A DNA stretch of 64,000 nt from Eledone cirrhosa (taxonomy: Eukaryota): the NCBI GenBank assembly GCA_964016885.1, contig OZ024741.1:298592001-298656000 (forward strand), given 5' to 3'. The notes beneath the pieces were generated by a model, which ran no database searches, was not told the DNA's origin, and saw only the letters and a list, made by a program, of their open reading frames with translations. Made by a program: the position numbers and the translations under genes. This document shows, piece by piece, positions 56,926 through 64,000 of this stretch (position 1 is its first letter; every line of letters starts with the position of its first letter).

Positions 56926-56999
56926 GGTTGCATCTGCTTTTGAATAAATATATATAACGCAGAGCTAGGTTATTGTATATTAAATATAGATTAACAAAA

Positions 57000-57740
57000 G
57001 AAAAATATAACCTTTTCATCGCGTTGTCCAAAAATTACGCCTACTATAGATTATTCAAATTGTGGTCAATAGTTTGGATTCTTTTACTTGAATGTGCAAT
57101 TTCTAATCCAAACATTTCGTCAATAAGGATTTCCAGAAACTTTGTATATCTGGACCTTTCGACTTCTTTTGAGACAAAATGAAGTTTTGGTGGCTGTAAA
57201 GGCAGATTATACTCATTAGCTGATGAACAGATTAGAGTGTACTTAGTTATATCTACGTTCAGAGAAAGTTTATTTGCCGAATACCAGTCATTTATTAGTG
57301 ATAATTTGTGGTTCATCTCTTTGAATAATGTGTAGTAGTCTGTACCAGCTAACAAGACATTCGTATCATCGGCAAACATAACATTTAGAAGTGGAACTGC
57401 ATGGTTGATATAATTGACATATATAAGAAAAAGAAGGGGACCTAATATTGAACCATGAGGAACACCGCAATATATTGGTTTGTACTCAGCTTCAATGTCA
57501 TCAATTTACACAAACTGGTAACTAGGTAACTTTCCTAGTAAGTCCATAATTTTCAAGTTTGTTTTTTAAAAGAAATATTCTATGATTAACAGTGTCAAAA
57601 GCTTTACTGAGGTCGATAAAAACCTCAAGTGTAACATGTTTATTTGACATAGCTGTCGTGATAACATTATGTTCTATCAGCCCATAATCTACACCGGAAT
57701 ATTTTCGAAAACAAAATTGTTTAGAATAAAAAAAAAGAAG
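57000..57740 (-). mobile_element. CR1-group (Crack/Daphne/L2-like) RT fragment
   Basis: FIDLSKAFDTVNH, CGVPHGSILGPLLFLIYVN, MFADDTNV, WYSANKLSLNVDITKY. Confidence 0.85.
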
Positions 57741-57839
57741 ATTATTTTTTCAAATAAATCAGTCGGATTCTTTTGTGTCAACAGTATAGCTAGTGAGAGA
57801 AGCTGTCTATACAATGGGTATATCTGAAAAAAGTCTCTC

Positions 57840-58085
57840 TTAAGTCAGAAGGCTCGTTAGGCCGGCGCTTATCTCGGTTTCATGGCGTGAAGCGACTGAG
57901 AGTGCAAAACTCTTCCCCTGGATAGGACGCCAGTCCATCGCAGGGTTAAACCCCCAGCCATTGCTGACTATACTGGAGCAATGTGTGTTTTGCTTAAGAA
58001 CACAACACGCAACCCAACTCAGGAATCGAACCCACAACATTATGATTGTACGTTCAACACCCATAGCAGTAGGCCACGCGCTTCC
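57840..58085 (-). mobile_element. tRNA-derived CORE-like SINE
   Basis: Minus strand GCGCGTGGCCTA A box, GGGTTCGATTCC B box, TTGTGTTCTTAAGCAA core-like segment, CCCTGCGATGGACTGGCGTCCTATCCAGGGG. Confidence 0.7.
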
Positions 58086-58292
58086 GATATATCTGAGGGT
58101 CCCCACAAATAATATTAGTCCCACAGTAATAGAAGAAAAACACTGTTGAACAGTAAAGTATATTGATGATATGTATATTAGTTTAACACTTGATATCGTA
58201 GGAAACGTGTCTTAACATTTCAGGCATCAGTCCTTCATCGGAAAATAGAATGAAAGAGCAAATAGAAAGACAGATGAGAGTAAGAAAAAGGG

Positions 58293-58385
58293 GAAAGAAA
58301 AGAAAAGAAAAGAAAAGAAAAGAAAAGAAAAGAAAAGAAAAGAAAAGAAAAGAAAAGAAAAGAAAAGAAAAGAAAAGAAAAAAAA
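58293..58385. repeat. (GAAAA)n microsatellite
   Basis: Direct reading. Confidence 0.95.
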
Positions 58386-58845
58386 AGAAACAAATACCTT
58401 ATCTCTATATTTTAGATAAATTGCTTTAAAATTCTGTTTGTTCAGGAAATCTGATTCAACCGGACCCACTCCACCTAGAAGACAGCTCAAGTTGAACTAC
58501 ATAACAATACAGCAAAAATATACAAATATAAAATCTAAAATATTTTACTTGTAAATTTTTTCTTTTCCTGGAAGACATGTTTTTTTTTCAAAATGATGTA
58601 CTAATTTATATAATTACTTTAAATAAATTGTTTTTCTTATCTGTAACATTTTCTAATATTTATTGCAGTGCTTGGGGTATAGAATATTTTAGATTTCTTT
58701 TATTTTTAGAGCTAAAAATAATACATTTTAGAAAACGTCACATGGCCACCTCTCTGCAACATTGTCATTGTCTCCATGCAGAATTGCAGCTGCCTTGTTG
58801 ATAAATTATGGTCCACAACTGTGAACATATATATATATATAAACG

Positions 58846-58951
<106 letters not shown>

Positions 58952-59109
58952 TATATTGAGTAAAGTAAACAAGATAAGAAAAGATTTTAGCTATTTATTT
59001 TGAAGCCTCCACTGCAGTTTCGCTGAGTAATACCAGTTTTTGAACACTGTGAGAAGTCTCAGCTCTTCAGGGAATTTCTCAATCAAGAAAAAAATTTCAG
59101 AGTTATCCG

Positions 59110-61790
59110 CTACCAGCGATAATTTCGAATGGAAGAATTGTCACGTGATTAATGGTTAACAGAAGGGAAGCGGTAGGTGGACAATGGAAGTAACGGCGCT
59201 TCTCGAAAAGCAGTCTGATTCAGCCAAATTTTATAAGCTACCGTATTTAACAACCTTCCGCTCCTCTGAATTGTGGGCAATGGAGCACATGTTTGTGGCC
59301 GAAGCGACAAGGTTGAAGGCGCAGAACGTGTCACAGCACGCCACGTCTCAAATCAGGGATTTGCCTTCCTCGAAAGAGAAGAGGGTTAATCAGTTGGAGT
59401 GCTTGCCATCGCCGCGTTCGAGGCCAGCCAACTCTAATTGTAACGTGAAACCGGCTGCATCGAGGCTCCTTCAGACGAAGTCGTGTTGAGAGGCGTGACG
59501 GGAGAGCCAGCTTGCACTAAATTGGTGGAAACCTAACTTTTCAACAACTTCTTGGCAACGTCATTTGAGTGGCTCACACACGCGGAAGCCGAGGCACTGT
59601 GTTACGTCAATGCGGTTGCACTTATCATCATGAAGGGTACTGGTTGTTAAGGAAGGCACCGAATTGAACCAAGAGTCACTGTTTGGTTGCGAGGCGGCGG
59701 AGCGTAGGAAGGCAAGACGGTGTTGGTCCCAAGGAGACACGATTCATCTGAAGATGGACTTGCACTTGTCGTCGTCTCAGTTACATTGGACATCGGTATA
59801 CTGGAGGATGGCAAGGCCCTCTCTCGGTCCAATTATCCAGAGCTGACTCCACCAAACGGGCCACACCAGGCTCTGTCGTCTTTCAGTGGATCTCATTGAT
59901 GAGGGTGCAGCCGGAGCAGATTGAGGAGAGATAGGTTGGCAGTGCCATGCCAAGGAAGGATCGGAGACGAGGCTCCTGAATCTCACAGGGAGTTTCACAT
60001 ATTGTCAGCCGGCACTGTTAAAGTAAACATTGCAGATGAGTTCAGCACAGCGTCGGATGATAGCATAGAGTTCGACGAGTCGATCTGCTAGAGGGTGGAA
60101 AGTCGCACCAAGGAACGTGAAGAGGAATTTGGAGACAGCGCTGGGTGCGCGTTGATGAGGCGTAATCTCTCCGTTATTCTCGTCATGTCTGGATGCTTGT
60201 TCTCTAGGTACCAGCGTATAGCGTTTGGAAGGATTGGAGAGCCGAGAATGCAGACGGCGTCCTTCGGGGTCAGCCGAGCCCTAGTCAGGACAGGATCGAT
60301 GCTGTGTACAGCAACTTGAAATTCGGCATCGCTGTAGCTCATATTAGCGACTTCTATCTTGGACGGGCTTATCTCCAGTTCTAGGCTTCTTAAGGCAGGG
60401 ATGACCCGTTGCAGGTCCTCAACGAGCCTCCCAGGTCGTGACGTCTAAGTAACAAATATTGAACGGTAAGCGAACTAAGTGGGTAATGTCAACAACAGTC
60501 AGCGTGAAAAGGAGTAGGTCTCCTTACTGGACACCTGTGAGGGTGGTGATCGGTTTGACAATAGGTATGAGTGTGCTGGGTGTCCCATAAGAGAGGTGTG
60601 TGGGAGGATGCAATGAGGAAGCACATCTTAAACACGTGATCCCACCTAACGTTGTTGAAGGCTACACATGTCCAGCTGCACTTAAAAGTAAGGTGACGAA
60701 GGAGGCGTGTGAAGTGTCTAGTCGAACGAGCAGCTGCCTCACATCCCACGTAACTTTCACTCAGAGCTAGACAAGGCTGAATACCTCGCTCAGGTCACCA
60801 ACGACTGACTGCAAGCTATTTATTTTGGCCACAAGTCGCAAACTGTAATTGTTTGTATGCCACCGTCATTCTTCTTCACCGTCATCAGGATGGCTGAGAA
60901 GAGAAGATCACGAAAATGGCAGGAAATTTGGTGGTGAGGGTGGTAATGAATCGGAGCAGCCATGTTCCTATCTCAACGGAGTGTAGTGAGATTAGGTCTC
61001 TGAGGTGGCTGGGTCGTAGGCCATCCACTTCGCCACAGCTGTCACATCCTTGCCGAACATGGACAATGCAGCAACTATGTCAGATTTCTGGATGTCCCCG
61101 ATATCGGCTGGTGGGTCCTGGTGCTTGAGTCAGAGGGTATCCAGGACCTCTGGTGTGGGCTTGAGTGTCGTGTCATTCGAGGCCATGACACGCATCGTAG
61201 CTGAAACTGTCGGAACAGGACTACGTGCGTAGGTAAGCAATGTGGAAGAAGCGAGAAGCTGATTGGTGAGGGGTGGTCGACAGAAGCAACGGTGTCTGAG
61301 CATCGAAGTCAAGAAGTAGACTGAACAGCCCACCCCCCGTCATCGGGATCCCAAGTATAAGCCTCGAAAAGCCGAAGAGTTTGTTCAAGTCTTGCGGACT
61401 GTTGGTACCGAGCGCCTGGTCGATTTATGACGCTAGCACTTCGGCCACGAAAGTGTGGGCATCTCTGGGGATCCTGATGATGATTCTCCATGAATCTCTG
61501 AGGTGGGCGATCGCTACCAGCACCTTACCCGGAATGAGTGTGCTTAGGATCTCATTTTGTTCCCCTCGACACCACAGGTTGATCCTGTGGTGTCAAGGGA
61601 ATTAAGCATCGCAGGCAGTGCCACCATTGCAGGGACCTTGACGCAAGAAGAAATTGTTAAGGTTAGAACATTTCCCTCCTTTCTTTCGTCTATTATGCGT
61701 GGCACACAAACGACACTGATCGATTCCTGCAGGGTGGGGTGGGAGACTGAGGAGGCGCCACGGAAATGTTCAGAGCTGGGGTAAGTGATG
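59110..61790 (-). mobile_element. CRE-clade retrotransposon, long degenerate copy
   Basis: MGCEAAARSTRHF, AFNNVRWDH, ILGSPI, ERLRLINAHPAL and a DVACCDTF-like segment; parallels 8800-10400; GC-rich. Confidence 0.7.
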
Positions 61791-62325
61791 TGACTGGATG
61801 GGACTAGAACCGAGGCTGGGTTTATGGAGCAAGTGAGACTGAAAGACGAACTGATACATCCAACTGATAGAGAGAGGGCGAAATGGAGAGAGAGAGGGAT
61901 AGAGAAAGAGAGAGAGAGAGAGTGAGGGGAGAAGATAAATGGTGAATAGAGGGAAAAGAAGGTGAGAAATTCATCAAATTGATATGAAAAAGAGATGGCT
62001 AACTGTATACAACAAGTATATAGTAACAGTACACAAGATACGTCCAGTATTAAAATATTGTTTGTTCAGTAGCTTCTTAGCAGCGGTACGTGTAGTGTTG
62101 AAATAATGTTTGTTCACATTACTTCATTGTTTACAAGTTTATATCGCTACAATCCACTATCGAAATAATGTTTCTTTAAAACGTTAGATTCACTTTGAAA
62201 TAACATTTTTCTTATAAATTTTCTCAACAATGGTACACCCTGTGATGAAATAACATAATTATTGTTTTTAAATTAATATGAAATCCTGGCTCCGAAAGAG
62301 CATATATACACATATATATATATAT

Positions 62326-62490
62326 GAGTCCCGAGTTTAATCGTGAATAACCACAGTTAGTAAAATACTCAATACATTAGTGGAGTGTAAACATCATGTT
62401 TAATACAGAGATGGCTTCTATAGGACTAGAATTGTTTAATTCAGGAGAAATCATCAGGAAGATGATTTCTTCTGAATGAAACAGTCATTT
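62326..62490 (-). mobile_element. Second copy of the 10915-11130 hammerhead-bearing family, with short inversion
   Basis: Minus strand TTC-CTGATGA-T-TTC-TCCT-GAA-T-TAAACA...TATA-GAAGCC; plus strand GATGATTTCTTCTGAATGAAACAGTC follows as an inverted piece. Confidence 0.6.
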
Positions 62491-62535
62491 CCATATTAAA
62501 CTGCCATTTTGAATAAAATTCACCTGCGTTAGAAA

Positions 62536-62680
62536 GCGACGAATTGGCAGAGTTGTTAGAGCGTTAGAGAGAATGCTTTGTTTCAGTCTGGCTCTCTGCG
62601 TTCAAATCCCAGTGAAGTTAATTTTGATTTTTATCCTTTCGATGTCAATAAATGAAGTACCAGTCAGTGCTAGGGGTCCA
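62536..62680 (+). mobile_element. tRNA-derived SINE (diverged)
   Basis: GCGACGAATTGGCAGAG head, GCGTTCAAATCCC B box, TTTATCCTTTCGATGTCAATAAATGAAGTACCAGT body. Confidence 0.7.
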
Positions 62681-64000
62681 CTCTTCACCCACCTCTCTTT
62701 CTGACTTCCTTTTTCTCATTCTCTTCGCTTCTCTAGAAGAAATCGGTTGTGTTCAGACATGGAGAGGTATAGTCTTCGCCATGTCTAAAGTGCCCATTAC
62801 TATGTCACCACAGTGTTCCTACAATACCATCAGGGAGTTACAAGTAGAACGGAGTGGACTCAGCATTAGAATTAGAAACACTCTGCTTCCCACTCTCAGT
62901 AAATTTGGGTGACGGAATAAGTCTGCTACCGAAACTTAAATACCGTCACCTAGTCGTTAGATGCCATTAGCGTGACCACTGCCCTTTTTCTTACTGTTTA
63001 GCCAGGGAAGGAAGAGTAGTATTCATGGCCGTTTTCAGAGCCTCTGACTACTTTACGCTTGTATAGTTCTAAATCTAATTTGGGGCCAAACATTGCATGC
63101 GCTTAAAACACCTATACGACTCCCTCAGTAATTACGGCTCCATACATACAATACACGAGTCATTGCGTCTTCCTTATTTGCATCTTCCTTAGACTTAGAG
63201 CCTCCATTAAAGGTCATGGTTAGACGCTGCCCTTCATTATCTGACTAAACCGTAAAAAAAATTAAACAAAGTTGAATCGGCCACAAACATCGCGTCGGCC
63301 ATAAACCTAGGCACAACCCCCCGCAGGATTTCACCAACCGGTTCCTCTTCGTGTCGGTTGTCGTCGGGACCTCTGGTGTTCATCTCTGTCTCTGGAGTGA
63401 CATTTTCTGTCGCGAAATCTGGAAAAGTTCATCTCACCCGAGGAAAGATCCCTGTGCAGTGGAATGGCTGATGCTGTGGGTGTCACTAAATGTTCTTCAC
63501 AATGCCTTCGTCATTTGGTTCAAGGGGCGCAGATGTGATGCACCACTCAATCAACGATATAGAATTCGCACCCTCCCTTCATCTTCCTCCCTTTTCATTA
63601 ATTAATTTTATGAGCGGGCAGCTTCATGTTAATTTCACGAGCAGATTGTTTCGTTGTTCGAATAACTGGAACCACACTTCGCGGGAACTGACGGAGGTCC
63701 AGCAAACACATATCGTAGAACAAGACATACACTTCCAGTGAGTCAGAATAGTAGCTCAGTTTCGATTCTAGATTATAGACAATTTTCATCATTAATATAA
63801 CTAACACGTTTGTTATAATTATGAAGCGTTGCAATAGCATAACAAATATATATTGCTTCCTGACACATAGCATGTCGAGGGCATTTTAAACCTGGCAGAG
63901 CCCATTCTTCTCTATGCCAGAACACAGCTGATATATTCCAAAGAAAGATAGAGGAAAATTCAATCCCAGTACCGGACTGTTTTTTTTTTTTTTATTTATC

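Overview
This is eukaryotic, AT-rich, microsatellite-dense DNA. The SINE families and repeat landscape suggest a coleoid cephalopod such as octopus (inference only). I can support no intact host gene. The window is a mosaic of decayed mobile elements: R4/Dong (about 0-2.1 kb and 30.9-33.5 kb), Tx1/L1 (near full-length at 41-46 kb plus fragments), CRE-clade (8.8-10.4, 25.1-25.9, 59.1-61.8 kb), Penelope-like RT+GIY-YIG (20.5-22.6, 29.8-30.6, 54.7-55.8 kb), RTE, CR1-group, a Chapaev3-like transposase remnant, a piggyBac-like MITE and many tRNA-derived SINEs. The main unexplained signal lies in the non-coding islands between (TA)n tracts. About a dozen sequence-distinct short families each carry a recognisable type I hammerhead ribozyme fold (found by manual base-pairing), usually with partial tandem duplication and an inverted 5' segment. 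This fits non-autonomous, Penelope-mobilised retrozyme-like elements. One family has a 591-bp tandem unit and a conserved U3-A8 compensatory core (UUGAUAA). Several others share a U.U opposition at the base of stem II. No ribozyme activity or novelty relative to databases has been tested.
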